Below, piece by piece: positions 1 to 12,319 of a stretch of DNA of 64,000 nt (positions are counted from its first letter, which is position 1; every line of letters starts with the position of its first letter). Position numbers and translations under genes: made by a program. The notes beneath the pieces are model-generated. The model searched no databases and was not told the DNA's origin. It worked only from the letters and a program-made list of their open reading frames with translations. The stretch is taken from NCBI GenBank assembly GCA_963810095.1, contig CAWEMM010000002.1, forward strand, positions 32,001 through 96,000, in the 5' to 3' direction. This stretch comes from an uncultured Chloroflexia bacterium (GTDB lineage: Bacteria; Chloroflexota; Anaerolineae; CG2-30-64-16).

Positions 1-156
1 CCGGGCATGGGGCGGCTGTACTACGATGCTTTGCAGCGCAGTGACTGGAACGTCGCCCTGGCATTGATCTTCATCACGGCCCTGCTGACGGTCGTGGCGA
101 CGCTGATCGGCGACATCCTGTACACGGTTGTCGACCCTCGCATTAAGTTCTCCTAG
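1..156 (+). CDS. dppB: Peptide ABC transporter permease DppB/OppB, 3' end only (cut by window edge)
   Basis: Frame 1 reads PGMGRLYYDALQRSDWNVALALIFITALLTVVATLIGDILYTVVDPRIKFS*, nearly identical to the C-terminus of the 6118..7329 product. Confidence 0.9.
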   Translation, partial: PGMGRLYYDALQRSDWNVALALIFITALLTVVATLIGDILYTVVDPRIKFS

Positions 157-223
157 GAGAACGGATCTCGCAGGCGTGAACGAGCGTAGGCGAGAACCTA
201 TCGGCTGACGCCGGAGTTTGAGT

Positions 224-1234
224 ATGACAACAACAACCAGGACGGCTCGCACCATCGGGCCGACCAGTCGAGCCGAAGACGCGACCCAGGAGAGCCAAGT
301 CAAGGTCGTCTTCCGGCGCTTTCGCCGCCACCGCCTTGCCGTGATCTCGGCGATCTTGCTGCTCGTGATCTTTGTCGCGTCGCTGCTGGCACCGCTGATC
401 ACGACGTTCCCGCGAGATGCGGTCGACGTGTCGACGTCCGCTCGCCCCGCGCCGCCCGGCACGGTCGCCAGGGACGGACGGGTGCACCTGTTGGGGGTCG
501 ACCATCTCGGCCGCGATCTGTATACGCGCGTGCTCTACGCGGCGCGCGTCTCGCTGACGATCGCCGTGCTCGTCGTGCTGTTGAGCGAGTCGTTCGGAAC
601 CATGTTGGGCGCGATCGCCGGGTATTACGGCGGGCGGACGGATGTCCTCCTGTCGCGCATCAACGAGTTCATGTTGACAATCCCGCAGCTGCCGATCCTG
701 CTGATCATCTCGGCGATCCTGCTGAAACGCGACGTAGTGCTGCCACTGCCGGGGTTCTTCAACAAGTTCCTGAGCGCGCTGATGTTGGCGCCCGAGCGCG
801 AAGCGCAGAAGGTGGTCGTGCTGGTGCTGATCCTGGTGATCTTCGGCTGGCTGGGCTCGTTCCGCCTGATGCGCGGCATGGCGCTGACGCTGTCGAAGCA
901 GGACTTCGTCGAGGCGCTGCGGGCGGCCGGGGCCAGCGATGCCCGGATCATCTTCCGGCACATCATCCCCAACGGGCTGGCGCCGATCCTCGTGAATGCG
1001 AGCCTGAGCCTGGGTGCGGTGATCGTGCTGGAATCGGCGCTGAGCTTTTTGGGGCTGGGGGTGCAAGACCCGACGCCGACATGGGGCAACATGCTGGACT
1101 TTGCGCGGTCGTACATGTTCAAGCACCCGTGGCTGCCGTTGGTGCCGGGGATTCCGCTGGTGATCGTGGCGATGGGGTTCAACTTCATCGGCGACGGGCT
1201 GCGCGATGCGCTGGACCCGCGGCTGAAGCGCTAG
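224..1234 (+). CDS. dppC: Peptide ABC transporter permease DppC/OppC
   Basis: HLLGVDHLGRDLYTRVLYAARVSL, EAA-like loop FVEALRAAGASDARIIFRHIIPN, end GDGLRDALDPR. GGAG RBS at 213-216 favours ATG 224. Confidence 0.93.
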   Translation: MTTTTRTARTIGPTSRAEDATQESQVKVVFRRFRRHRLAVISAILLLVIFVASLLAPLITTFPRDAVDVSTSARPAPPGTVARDGRVHLLGVDHLGRDLYTRVLYAARVSLTIAVLVVLLSESFGTMLGAIAGYYGGRTDVLLSRINEFMLTIPQLPILLIISAILLKRDVVLPLPGFFNKFLSALMLAPEREAQKVVVLVLILVIFGWLGSFRLMRGMALTLSKQDFVEALRAAGASDARIIFRHIIPNGLAPILVNASLSLGAVIVLESALSFLGLGVQDPTPTWGNMLDFARSYMFKHPWLPLVPGIPLVIVAMGFNFIGDGLRDALDPRLKR

Positions 1235-1246
1235 CGGCCGGAGCGA

Positions 1247-1309
1247 ACCACAAAGACACCAAGCCACGCAGCGGGCACAAAGGCTCGTTGGCCTTGGTGT
1301 CTTTGTGGT
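1247..1309. repeat. REP-like palindromic element (CACAAAG family), copy 1
   Basis: ACCACAAAGACACCAAG...CTTGGTGTCTTTGTGGT inverted repeat in the dppC-dppD gap. Confidence 0.8.
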
Positions 1310-1361
1310 CAATTGTGGACCGGGAGCTCTCCTTGAAAGCGCAATAAGGTAGACAAGACGT

Positions 1362-2472
1362 ATGCCAGAGACTAAGGACCTGCAGGACCAGAAGATACTG
1401 ATCGAGGTGCGGAACCTGAAGACGCACTTTTTCACCGAGGACGGGGTGGTCCAGGCGGTGAACGGGGTGGACTTCACGATCCGTGAGGGGGAAGTGATGG
1501 GGTTGGTGGGCGAGTCGGGCTCGGGGAAGAGCGTGACGAGCCTGTCGATCATGCGGTTATTGGGGGGTAGCGGGAAGATCGTGGACGGGGCGGTGGTGTA
1601 CAAGGGCCGCGACCTGGCACAGTTGTCCGAAGAAGCGATGGTGAAGATCCGGGGCAACGAGCTGTCGATGATCTTTCAGCAGCCGACGAGCTGCCTGAAC
1701 CCGGTGTTTCAGATTGGGGCGCAGGTGGCGGAGGTGATGGAGATCCACCAGGGGATGGGGCGGGAAGAGGCGTGGGCGCAGGCGGTGGAGATGTTCCGCA
1801 AGGTGGGGATCCCGGACCCGGAGCGGCGGGCGAAGAGTTTTCCGCACGAGATTTCGGGGGGCCAGGCGCAGCGGGTGATGATTGCGATGGCGCTGGCGAC
1901 GGTGCCGGACCTGTTGATTGCGGACGAGCCGACGACGGCGCTGGACGTGACGATCCAGGCGCAGATTCTGGACCTGATGCGGCGGCTGCGGACGGAGACG
2001 GGGACGGCGATTCTGCTGATCACGCACGACATGGGCGTGATTGCGGAGATGTGCGACCACGTGGCGGTGATGTATGCGGGGCAGATCGTGGAGTACACGG
2101 ACGTGGCGACGCTGTTCGAGACGCAGCTGCACCCGTACACGGAGGGGCTGCTGGCGGCGATTCCGGTGTTAGGGGAAGTGCGGGATACGCTGGCGGTGAT
2201 TCCGGGGAGCGTGCCGAACCTGATCAACCTGCCGGGGGGGTGCAAGTTCCACCCGCGGTGTCCGTATGCGAAGGAGATCTGCACGGGGGTGACGCCGGGG
2301 CTGCAGGAAGTGGCGCCGGGGCACAAGGTGCGCTGCTACATGCGGTTTCCGGAGACGGCGGCGCTGTGGGCGGGGGTGGGCAAGGCGGACTGGCACTTCT
2401 TTGGCGACGAGGTGTTGGCGCCGGCGCCGGTCGCGGCGGCCGACCGCCGGTGGCGGCGAGGAGGTGCGCTGA
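1362..2472 (+). CDS. dppD: Peptide ABC transporter ATP-binding protein DppD (indels near 3' end)
   Basis: [25 protein letters not shown]-terminal GCKFHPRCP. Two single-G deletions (~2443, ~2459) relative to copy 2 make the ORF read through the TGATG junction. Confidence 0.9.
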
Positions 2473-3507
2473 TGCCGGGGATCGCGACGAGCCAGAAGGA
2501 CTTATTGGTGGTGGACAACCTGCAGAAGTATTTTCCGGTGCGCAGCGGGCTGTTCCAGAAGGTGACGGCGTGGGTGCAGGCGGTGGACGGGGTGAGTTTC
2601 CGGGTGCGGGAGGGGGAGACGTTCGGGCTGGTGGGAGAGTCGGGGTGTGGGAAGACGACGATCGGGCGGACGGTGCTGCGGCTGACGCCGAACACGGGCG
2701 GGCCAGGTGTATTTTGATGGGGAGGATGTGTTTGCGAAGCGGGGTGCGGAGCTGAAGGGGTTGCGGCGGAACATGCAGATCGTGTTCCAGGACCCGTACA
2801 GTTCGTTGGACCCGCGCATGCCGGTGGGGGAGATCATCGGGGAGGGGTTGCAGATCCACGGGATCGGGAATGCGAAGGAGCGGGCGGAGATCGTGACGGA
2901 GATGCTGGCGAAGGTGGGGTTGAACCCGTACCATGCGCGGCGCTATCCGCACGAGTTCAGCGGTGGGCAGCGGCAGCGGATCGGGATTGCGCGGGCGTTG
3001 GCGCTGAAGCCGAAGTTCATCGTGTGCGACGAGCCGGTGTCGGCGTTGGACGTGTCGATCCAGTCGCAGGTGTTGAACCTGTTGAACAAGCTGCAGGCGG
3101 AATTTGGGCTGACGTACCTGTTCATTGCGCACAATCTGTCGGTGGTGGAGCACATCTCGGACCGGATCGGGGTGATGTATCTGGGGAAGATGGTGGAGAT
3201 CACGGGGCGGGAGGAGCTGTACCGGCAGCCGCTGCACCCGTACACGCAGGCGCTGTTGAGTGCGATCCCGACGCCGCACCCGAACATGAAGCGGGAGCGC
3301 ATCGTGTTGACAGGGGATGTGCCGAGTCCGCTCAATCCGCCGACGGGGTGCCGGTTCCACCCGCGCTGTCCGCTGGCGGTGGATCTGTGCAAGCAGGTGG
3401 AGCCGGCGTTCGAGCAGAAGGCGGCGGATCACTGGGTGGCCTGTCACCTGGTGCCGGCTTCTGGCGTCACCGCCAAACCGGGGAAGAACGGCGCCAGCGA
3501 GCCTTAG
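2472..3507 (+). CDS. dppF: Peptide ABC transporter ATP-binding protein DppF (frameshift ~2700)
   Basis: [24 protein letters not shown]. One extra G at ~2700 versus the intact copy at 9650..10669. Confidence 0.9.
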
Positions 3508-3668
3508 GCAGCAAAGGGAGTAGGGCGCTAACATAAAACTGGTCCTTCCCGTAGCAAGGGTCCTATTGGGCTGGAATGAGAAATCATTCCAGCCCTTTTT
3601 ATTTGTGTAACCAACGGTATATCACAGAATCTTGTGTAAGAGCAGTGCGTTGCCAATGTCTTATCGAC

Positions 3669-3697
3669 TTGACATCCTCTCACCGCCATGCTATTGT
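3669..3697 (+). promoter_or_regulatory. Sigma70-type promoter for the SBP-dppBCDF operon
   Basis: TTGACA (3669-3674), 17-nt spacer, TGc-TATTGT (3692-3697) in an AT-rich intergenic region. Confidence 0.7.
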
Positions 3698-3966
3698 TAC
3701 GTATCTCTGGCACAGAGGAAGCACCTCTTGCTTCTTTACCCGGAAAAGTGCCTCCGGGGCTATGACCCACGTCCGGGGGTCTTCAGCCACGATCGAACAT
3801 TGCCTTATCAAAGGAGGTGATGGCTCGACCTGACAGGAAGTAGCCCGTCTTGCGACGTCAAATTGCCCAACCTATCCAGACAAGCGAGTGGACACGCGTT
3901 ACCCGACGCGTGCCGAAGAGTTGTTCTTCCGTTTTTCATCCCACATCCATCTCTCAGGAGGAGAAA

Positions 3967-5938
<1,972 letters not shown>

Positions 5939-5947
5939 TATTACGAG

Positions 5948-5976
5948 CGTAGGGGCGGCCTGCCGGCGCCCCTACG
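5948..5976. repeat. GTAG-type REP-like hairpin
   Basis: CGTAGGGGCG-9 nt-CGCCCCTACG just after the SBP stop. Confidence 0.6.
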
Positions 5977-5992
5977 TAGAGAAGAGCACATG

Positions 5993-6038
5993 ACACGGGC
6001 GGGCCCCTCTCACCAGGGATGAGCCCGCCCGTGTTTCA
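5993..6038 (+). terminator. Stem-loop after SBP gene (partial terminator or mRNA stabiliser)
   Basis: ACACGGGCGGGC...GCCCGCCCGTGT followed by only a short T run. Confidence 0.55.
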
Positions 6039-6117
6039 CATAACAGCCAATCCGGTCCGGTTCGGCCTCCAACGAAGTGGGGGCCTCGAGCGTCACGAGC
6101 CTCAAGCGTGAGGGCAT

Positions 6118-7329
6118 ATGACTAATTACCTCATCCGCCGCGTGTTTCAGATGGCCATCGTCGTCTTTCTTGCGGCGCTGTTCGTCTATTTCCTATTCAA
6201 CATTTCGCCGGGCGGGCCGCTGGCGGGCATCCAGCAGCAGCAGCGCCGCATCACACGTGAGGACCTGGCGCGGCTGCGGGCAGGGTACGAGCTGGACCTG
6301 TACTGGCCGGTGCGCTTCAGCCGCTGGCTGATCGGCGTGCCCAACGGCCCAATTACCGTCGGCGGCCGCGAGCTGTTCAAGGACACTCCGGTCGGCTGCT
6401 ACCTGCCGCGTTATGAGGCGAGCAGCACCAGCAGCCTGCAGCCGAAGGTGGTCGGCTGCGACGACTACGTCTATTTGGCTGAAATGCCCAAGCTGCACCC
6501 GGCCATTACCTCGAGCAAGGGCATCCTCCGGGGCGATTTTGGCCTCTCGACCGTGATCCTACGCTCTCGGCCGGTTAGTGATCTGATTAAGAGCCGCATT
6601 TGGGCAACGCTCGAGCTGATGACCATTTCGCTGCTCCTCTCGCTGCTGCTGGGCGTGCCGATTGGCATTTACAGCGCGGTCAAGCAGTACTCGAAGTTCG
6701 ACTATTTCTTCACCGCGTTTGCGTTCGTGGGCTCGGCCATGCCGACGTTCTTCTTTGCGCTGCTGCTGATCCTGGTGTTTTCGGTGTTCCCGGTGTTCCT
6801 GGTCGATACGGTGCCGTGGATCCCGCGGCTGCCGCCCGGGCTGCAGCAGGCGGTGCGGCCGTATGAGGTCGCCTCGTGGCTGCCCAAGATCCAGCCCGGC
6901 ACGCCGGTCGACCGTGTGCTGCACTTGCTGATGCCGGTGGCGGTGCTGACGTTCTTCACCATGGCGCCGTGGAGCCGCTTCGTGCGCTCGTCGATGCTGG
7001 AAGTGATGCGGCAGGATTACGTGCGGACGGCGCGAGCCAAGGGGCTGTACGAGCGGGTCGTGATCATGAAGCACGCGCTGCGCAATGCGCTGATCCCGTT
7101 CGTAACGATCGTCGTATTGGCGATCCCCGGGCTATTCGCCGGGGCCATCATTACGGAGACGGTATTTGCCTGGCCGGGCATGGGGCGGCTGTACTACGAC
7201 GCTTTGCAGCGCAGCGACTGGAACGTCGCCCTGGCATTGATCTTCATCACGGCGTTGCTGACCGTCCTGGCCACCCTGCTTGGCGACATCCTGTACACGG
7301 TTGTCGACCCGCGCATTAAGTTCTCATGA
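6118..7329 (+). CDS. dppB: Peptide ABC transporter permease DppB/OppB
   Basis: YLIRR start, RGDFGLS, RSSMLEVMRQDYVRTARAKGL, end VDPRIKFS. Confidence 0.95.
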   Translation: MTNYLIRRVFQMAIVVFLAALFVYFLFNISPGGPLAGIQQQQRRITREDLARLRAGYELDLYWPVRFSRWLIGVPNGPITVGGRELFKDTPVGCYLPRYEASSTSSLQPKVVGCDDYVYLAEMPKLHPAITSSKGILRGDFGLSTVILRSRPVSDLIKSRIWATLELMTISLLLSLLLGVPIGIYSAVKQYSKFDYFFTAFAFVGSAMPTFFFALLLILVFSVFPVFLVDTVPWIPRLPPGLQQAVRPYEVASWLPKIQPGTPVDRVLHLLMPVAVLTFFTMAPWSRFVRSSMLEVMRQDYVRTARAKGLYERVVIMKHALRNALIPFVTIVVLAIPGLFAGAIITETVFAWPGMGRLYYDALQRSDWNVALALIFITALLTVLATLLGDILYTVVDPRIKFS

Positions 7330-7403
7330 GAGCCGTTCTCGATGAGTACCGTTCTCGTAAGGTCCGAACGCCCGCGCCGTTGCGCATATAAGGAGTCATA
7401 ACC

Positions 7404-8406
7404 ATGACCGCATCAGCCAGAACGATCGGGCCGGCCAACCGGGCGGAGGACGCGACGCAGGAGAGCCAACTCAAGATCGTCTTCCGGCGCTTTCGCCGCC
7501 ACCGCCTCGCCGTCGTCTCGTCCATCGCATTGCTGGCGATCTTCGTCGCGTCGCTGTTGGCGCCGCATTATTACGACGTTCCCGCGCGATGCCATCGACG
7601 TATCGACCTCCGCCCGCCCCGCGCCGCCCGGCGCGCTCGCCAAGGACGGACAGGTTCACATTCTCGGCGTGGATCACCTCGGCCGCGATCTGTATACGCG
7701 CGTGCTATACGCGGCGCGCGTGTCGTTGACGATCGCGGTGCTGGTGGTGCTGATCAGCGAGTCGTTCGGCACGATGCTCGGCGCAATTGCCGGATATTAC
7801 GGCGGGCGAACCGACATGCTGCTGTCGCGCATCAACGAGTTCATGCTGACCATCCCCGACCTGCCGATCCTGCTGATCATCTCGGCGATCCTGCTGAAAC
7901 GCGACGTAGTGCTGCCGCTGCCGGGGTTCTTCAACAAGTTCCTGAGCGCGCTGATGCTGGCGCCCGAGCGCGAGGCGCAGAAGGTGGTCGTGCTGGTGCT
8001 GATCCTGGTGATCTTCGGCTGGCTGGGCTCGTTCCGCCTGATGCGCGGCATGGCGCTGACGCTGTCGAAGCAGGACTTCGTCGAGGCGCTGCGGGCGGCC
8101 GGGGCCAGCGATGCCCGGATCATCTTCCGGCACATCATCCCCAACGGGCTGGCGCCGATCCTCGTGCATGCCAGTCTCCAACTCGGGGCAATTATCGTGC
8201 TGGAATCGGCGTTGAGCTTTTTGGGGCTGGGGGTGCAAGACCCGACGCCGACATGGGGCAACATGCTGGACTTTGCGCGGTCGTACATGTTCAAGCACCC
8301 GTGGCTGCCGTTGGTGCCGGGGATTCCGCTGGTGATCGTGGCGATGGGGTTCAACTTCATCGGCGACGGGCTGCGCGATGCGCTGGACCCGCGGCTGAAG
8401 CGCTAG
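7404..8406 (+). CDS. dppC: Peptide ABC transporter permease DppC (frameshift ~7567)
   Basis: AAGGAG RBS. N-terminus in ORF 7404..8417, remainder in 7669..8406. One extra base at GCGCCGC(A)TTATT versus APLIT in copy 1. Confidence 0.9.
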
Positions 8407-8420
8407 CGGCCGCCTGAGGA

Positions 8421-8497
8421 CGAACCACAAAGACACCAAGCCACGCAGGGGCACAAAGGCTTCGTTGGACTTGGTGTCTTTAGGCCTTTGTGGTTCG
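8421..8497. repeat. REP-like palindromic element (CACAAAG family), copy 2
   Basis: CGAACCACAAAG...CTTTGTGGTTCG with internal AAAGACACCAAG/CTTGGTGTCTTT. Confidence 0.8.
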
Positions 8498-8537
8498 GAA
8501 GCTCTCCCTTGAGAGCGCAGTAAGGTAGACAAGACGT

Positions 8538-9650
8538 ATGCCAGAGACTAAGGACCTGCAGGACCAGAAGATACTGATCGAGGTGCGGAACCTGAAGACG
8601 CACTTTTTCACCGAGGACGGGGTGGTCCAGGCGGTGAACGGGGTGGACTTCACGATCCGTGAGGGGGAAGTGATGGGGTTGGTGGGCGAGTCGGGCTCGG
8701 GGAAGAGCGTGACGAGCCTGTCGATCATGCGGTTATTGGGGGGTAGCGGGAAGATCGTGGACGGGGCGGTGGTGTACAAAGGCCGCGACCTGGCACAGTT
8801 GTCCGAAGAAGCGATGGTGAAGATCCGGGGCAACGAGCTGTCGATGATCTTCCAGCAGCCGACGAGCTGCCTGAACCCGGTGTTTCAGATTGGGGCGCAG
8901 GTGGCGGAGGTGATGGAGATCCACCAGGGGATGGGGCGGGAAGAGGCGTGGGCGCAGGCGGTGGAGATGTTCCGCAAGGTGGGGATCCCGGACCCGGAGC
9001 GGCGGGCGAAGAGTTTTCCGCACGAGATATCGGGGGGCCAGGCGCAGCGGGTGATGATTGCGATGGCGCTGGCGACGGTGCCGGACCTGTTGATTGCGGA
9101 CGAGCCGACGACGGCGCTGGACGTGACGATCCAGGCGCAGATTCTGGACCTGATGCGGCGGCTGCGGACGGAGACGGGGACGGCGATTCTGCTGATCACG
9201 CACGACATGGGCGTGATTGCGGAGATGTGCGACCACGTGGCGGTGATGTATGCGGGGCAGATCGTGGAGTACACGGACGTGGCGACGCTGTTCGAGACGC
9301 AGCTGCACCCGTACACGGAGGGGCTGCTGGCGGCGATTCCGGTGTTAGGGGAAGTGCGGGATACGCTGGCGGTGATTCCGGGGAGCGTGCCGAACCTGAT
9401 CAACCTGCCGGGGGGGTGCAAGTTCCACCCGCGGTGTCCGTATGCGAAGGAGATCTGCACGGGGGTGACGCCGGGGCTGCAGGAAGTGGCGCCGGGGCAC
9501 AAGGTGCGCTGCTACATGCGGTTTCCGGAGACGGCGGCGCTGTGGGCGGGGGTGGGCAAGGCGGACTGGCACTTCTTTGGCGACGAGGTGTTGGCGCCGG
9601 CGCCGGTCGCGGCGGCCGAGCCGCCGGTGGCGGCGGAGGAGGTGCGCTGA
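8538..9650 (+). CDS. dppD: Peptide ABC transporter ATP-binding protein DppD
   Basis: Intact 370-aa ORF with Walker A/B, signature motif and C-terminal Cys-containing oligo_HPY region. Confidence 0.95.
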   Translation: MPETKDLQDQKILIEVRNLKTHFFTEDGVVQAVNGVDFTIREGEVMGLVGESGSGKSVTSLSIMRLLGGSGKIVDGAVVYKGRDLAQLSEEAMVKIRGNELSMIFQQPTSCLNPVFQIGAQVAEVMEIHQGMGREEAWAQAVEMFRKVGIPDPERRAKSFPHEISGGQAQRVMIAMALATVPDLLIADEPTTALDVTIQAQILDLMRRLRTETGTAILLITHDMGVIAEMCDHVAVMYAGQIVEYTDVATLFETQLHPYTEGLLAAIPVLGEVRDTLAVIPGSVPNLINLPGGCKFHPRCPYAKEICTGVTPGLQEVAPGHKVRCYMRFPETAALWAGVGKADWHFFGDEVLAPAPVAAAEPPVAAEEVR

Positions 9651-10669
9651 TGCCGGGGATCGCGACGAGCCAGAAGGACTTATTGGTGGTGGACAACCTG
9701 CAGAAGTATTTTCCGGTGCGCAGCGGGCTGTTCCAGAAGGTGACGGCGTGGGTGCAGGCGGTGGACGGGGTGAGTTTCCGGGTGCGGGAGGGGGAGACGT
9801 TCGGGCTGGTGGGAGAGTCGGGGTGTGGGAAGACGACGATCGGGCGGACGGTGCTGCGGCTGACGCCGAACACGGGCGGCCAGGTGTATTTTGATGGGGA
9901 GGATGTGTTTGCGAAGCGGGGTGCGGAGCTGAAGGGGCTGCGGCGGAACATGCAGATCGTGTTCCAGGACCCGTACAGTTCGTTGGACCCGCGCATGCCG
10001 GTGGGGGAGATCATCGGGGAGGGGTTGCAGATCCACGGGATCGGGAATGCGAAGGAGCGGGCAGAGATCGTGACGGAGATGCTGGCGAAGGTGGGGTTGA
10101 ACCCGTACCATGCGCGGCGCTATCCGCACGAGTTCAGCGGTGGGCAGCGGCAGCGGATCGGGATTGCGCGGGCGTTGGCGCTGAAGCCGAAGTTCATCGT
10201 GTGCGACGAGCCGGTGTCGGCGTTGGACGTGTCGATCCAGTCGCAGGTGTTGAACCTGTTGAACAAGCTGCAGGCGGAATTTGGGCTGACGTACCTGTTC
10301 ATTGCGCACAATCTGTCGGTGGTGGAGCACATCTCGGACCGGATCGGGGTGATGTATCTGGGCAAGATGGTGGAGATCACGGGGCGGGAGGAGCTGTACC
10401 GGCAGCCGCTGCACCCGTACACGCAGGCGCTGTTGAGTGCGATCCCGACACCGCACCCGAACATGAAGCGGGAGCGCATCGTGCTGACAGGGGATGTGCC
10501 GAGTCCGCTCAATCCGCCGACGGGGTGCCGGTTCCACCCGCGCTGTCCGCTGGCGGTGGATCTGTGCAAGCAGGTGGAGCCGGCGTTCGAGCAGAAGGCG
10601 GCGGACCACTGGGTGGCCTGTCACCTGGTGCCGGCTTCTGGCGTCACCGCCAAACCGGGGAAGAACTAA
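9650..10669 (+). CDS. dppF: Peptide ABC transporter ATP-binding protein DppF
   Basis: ATG overlaps the dppD stop (TGATG); [23 protein letters not shown]. Confidence 0.95.
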   Translation: MPGIATSQKDLLVVDNLQKYFPVRSGLFQKVTAWVQAVDGVSFRVREGETFGLVGESGCGKTTIGRTVLRLTPNTGGQVYFDGEDVFAKRGAELKGLRRNMQIVFQDPYSSLDPRMPVGEIIGEGLQIHGIGNAKERAEIVTEMLAKVGLNPYHARRYPHEFSGGQRQRIGIARALALKPKFIVCDEPVSALDVSIQSQVLNLLNKLQAEFGLTYLFIAHNLSVVEHISDRIGVMYLGKMVEITGREELYRQPLHPYTQALLSAIPTPHPNMKRERIVLTGDVPSPLNPPTGCRFHPRCPLAVDLCKQVEPAFEQKAADHWVACHLVPASGVTAKPGKN

Positions 10670-10682
10670 CGGCCGCCCTCTC

Positions 10683-10761
10683 AACACAAAGGCACGAAAG
10701 CACAGAGACATGATTATCGCTGACCCTGTCAGCCGTCCTTGTGCCTTCGTGTCTTTGTGTT
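10683..10761. repeat. REP-like palindromic element (CACAAAG family), copy 3
   Basis: AACACAAAGGCACGAA...TTCGTGTCTTTGTGTT. Confidence 0.8.
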
Positions 10762-10808
10762 TACAATCCCCCTTGGACTTCCAGCTAACCTGAGTCCTCG
10801 GAGAACCC

Positions 10809-12113
10809 ATGTCATCACCTAACTCGCAGCCAGATGCGCCGCAAGAACCCGCCGATCCCCCGGCCGCGGCCGAGTCATTGACAGCCAGCATCCGCAAGTT
10901 ACCGCGCAACGTTTGGGCCGTCAGCCTGACCAGCTTTTTGATGGACGTCTCGAGCGAGATGGTCATCAACCTGTTGCCGCTGTTTCTTGCTAACGTGCTC
11001 GGCGTCAGGACCAGCATCATCGGCGTGATCGAGGGTGTTGCCGAGGCAGTTGCCAGCATCCTTAAGCTCTTCTCCGGCTGGCTCTCTGATCGCCTGGGAG
11101 CCCGGAAGTGGCTGGCCGTGGTCGGCTATGGTATCTCCGCGTTGTCGAAGCCGTTCTTCTATTTCGCGACGACATGGGAAGCGATTGCCGCGGCACGGTG
11201 GGCCGACCGCGTGGGCAAGGGCATCCGCACTGCGCCCCGCGACGCGCTGGTGGCCGATTCCATCGACGAGAAGCGCCGCGGTCTCGCCTTCGGCTTTCAC
11301 CGGGCGGCCGACACCGCCGGCGCGATGTTGGGCCTGCTGATCGCCTTCGGGATCGTCTGGGCAGCACAGCGCGCAGCTGTCACGCTGAGTGCCAATGTCT
11401 TCCACGTCATCGTCCTCGTCAGCGTCGTCCCTGCGCTGCTCGCGGTCGTGTCACTTGCCTTCCTCGCGCGCGACGTCCCCGTCAAGGGCCGGCGATCCGC
11501 CCCAAAGTTTGCGCTGCGCAGCCTCGGCAAGCCGTTCCTGGTCTTTATGCTGATCGTGGGCATCTTCGACCTGGGGAACTCGTCCGATGCCTTCCTTGTG
11601 CTGCGCGCCCAGGACGCGGGTGCGAGCGTTGCGGGCATCCTCCTGATGCTGATCACGTTCAATTTCATCTATACGCTGATCTCCACGCCGGCCGGCGCGT
11701 TGTCTGACCGCATTGGCCGCCGGGGGATTATTATTGGCGGCTGGGTCGCCTACGCCGTCATCTATCTGGGCTTTGGCCTCGCGCGCACTCCGACTCAAAT
11801 CTGGGTCCTCTACGCGCTCTACGGACTTTACTACGGCTCGGCCTACGGCACGGCCAAAGCGTTGGTCGCCGACCTGGTGCCGGCCGAGCTGCGCGGCACG
11901 GCGTACGGGACGTATAACGCAATCCTGGGCATCCTGGACTTCCCCGCCTCGGCCATTGCCGGCATTCTCTGGCAAGGTGTGGGCAACTGGTCGGGACTCG
12001 GCGCGGCCGCGCCCTTCATCTTCGGCGGCGTTCTGGCGCTGCTCGCGGCCGTGCTGTTGGCCCTATCAGGCATTGGACGGGCGCCCGCGTCTACCGCCAC
12101 CGCGCACTCCTAG
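10809..12113 (+). CDS. MFS transporter
   Basis: About 12 hydrophobic segments; motif A GWLSDRLGARK and GALSDRIGRR; DRVGKGIRTAPRDAL. Confidence 0.92.
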   Translation: MSSPNSQPDAPQEPADPPAAAESLTASIRKLPRNVWAVSLTSFLMDVSSEMVINLLPLFLANVLGVRTSIIGVIEGVAEAVASILKLFSGWLSDRLGARKWLAVVGYGISALSKPFFYFATTWEAIAAARWADRVGKGIRTAPRDALVADSIDEKRRGLAFGFHRAADTAGAMLGLLIAFGIVWAAQRAAVTLSANVFHVIVLVSVVPALLAVVSLAFLARDVPVKGRRSAPKFALRSLGKPFLVFMLIVGIFDLGNSSDAFLVLRAQDAGASVAGILLMLITFNFIYTLISTPAGALSDRIGRRGIIIGGWVAYAVIYLGFGLARTPTQIWVLYALYGLYYGSAYGTAKALVADLVPAELRGTAYGTYNAILGILDFPASAIAGILWQGVGNWSGLGAAAPFIFGGVLALLAAVLLALSGIGRAPASTATAHS

Positions 12114-12244
12114 CCGAGTTTTACCTGGCTGGTTTCCCCGTCCCGGGCTCCGCTGCCGGCCTCCGCGCGCCGCCTGCGCGGCCCTTGAATGCGGCTTGCA
12201 CACTACCGGCCAAACTAATTGCGTTTTCCCCATTTCAGGTTCAC

Positions 12245-12274
12245 TTGACACTCGAATACCCCCTGTGCTATCAT
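12245..12274 (+). promoter_or_regulatory. Sigma70-type promoter for oppDFABC
   Basis: TTGACA, 18-nt spacer, TGc-TATCAT. Confidence 0.7.
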
Positions 12275-12319
12275 CACGCCACTCCAGTCATAGATCCCCG
12301 GTCCGGTCGGAGGAGTTGG

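Larger units (their letters stand above)
1..3489 (+). repeat. Copy 1 of direct duplication (dppB 3'-dppC-dppD-dppF); copy 2 at about 7174-10666
   Basis: By-eye alignment at offset ~7173-7177. dppD/dppF are almost base-identical; dppB 3' and dppC 5' are diverged. Confidence 0.95.
7174..10666 (+). repeat. Copy 2 of direct duplication (dppB 3'-dppC-dppD-dppF)
   Basis: Matches 1-3489; similarity ends at ...AAACCGGGGAAGAAC. Confidence 0.95.

Noticed and set aside
1362-2717. Apparent 451-aa DppD-DppF fusion
   Set aside because: Caused by two missing G bases; copy 2 has the normal TGATG junction
8948-9649. Gly/Ala/Asp-rich N-terminal extension of the 573-aa ORF
   Set aside because: Shadow frame of the G-rich dppD; the real dppF start is ATG 9650
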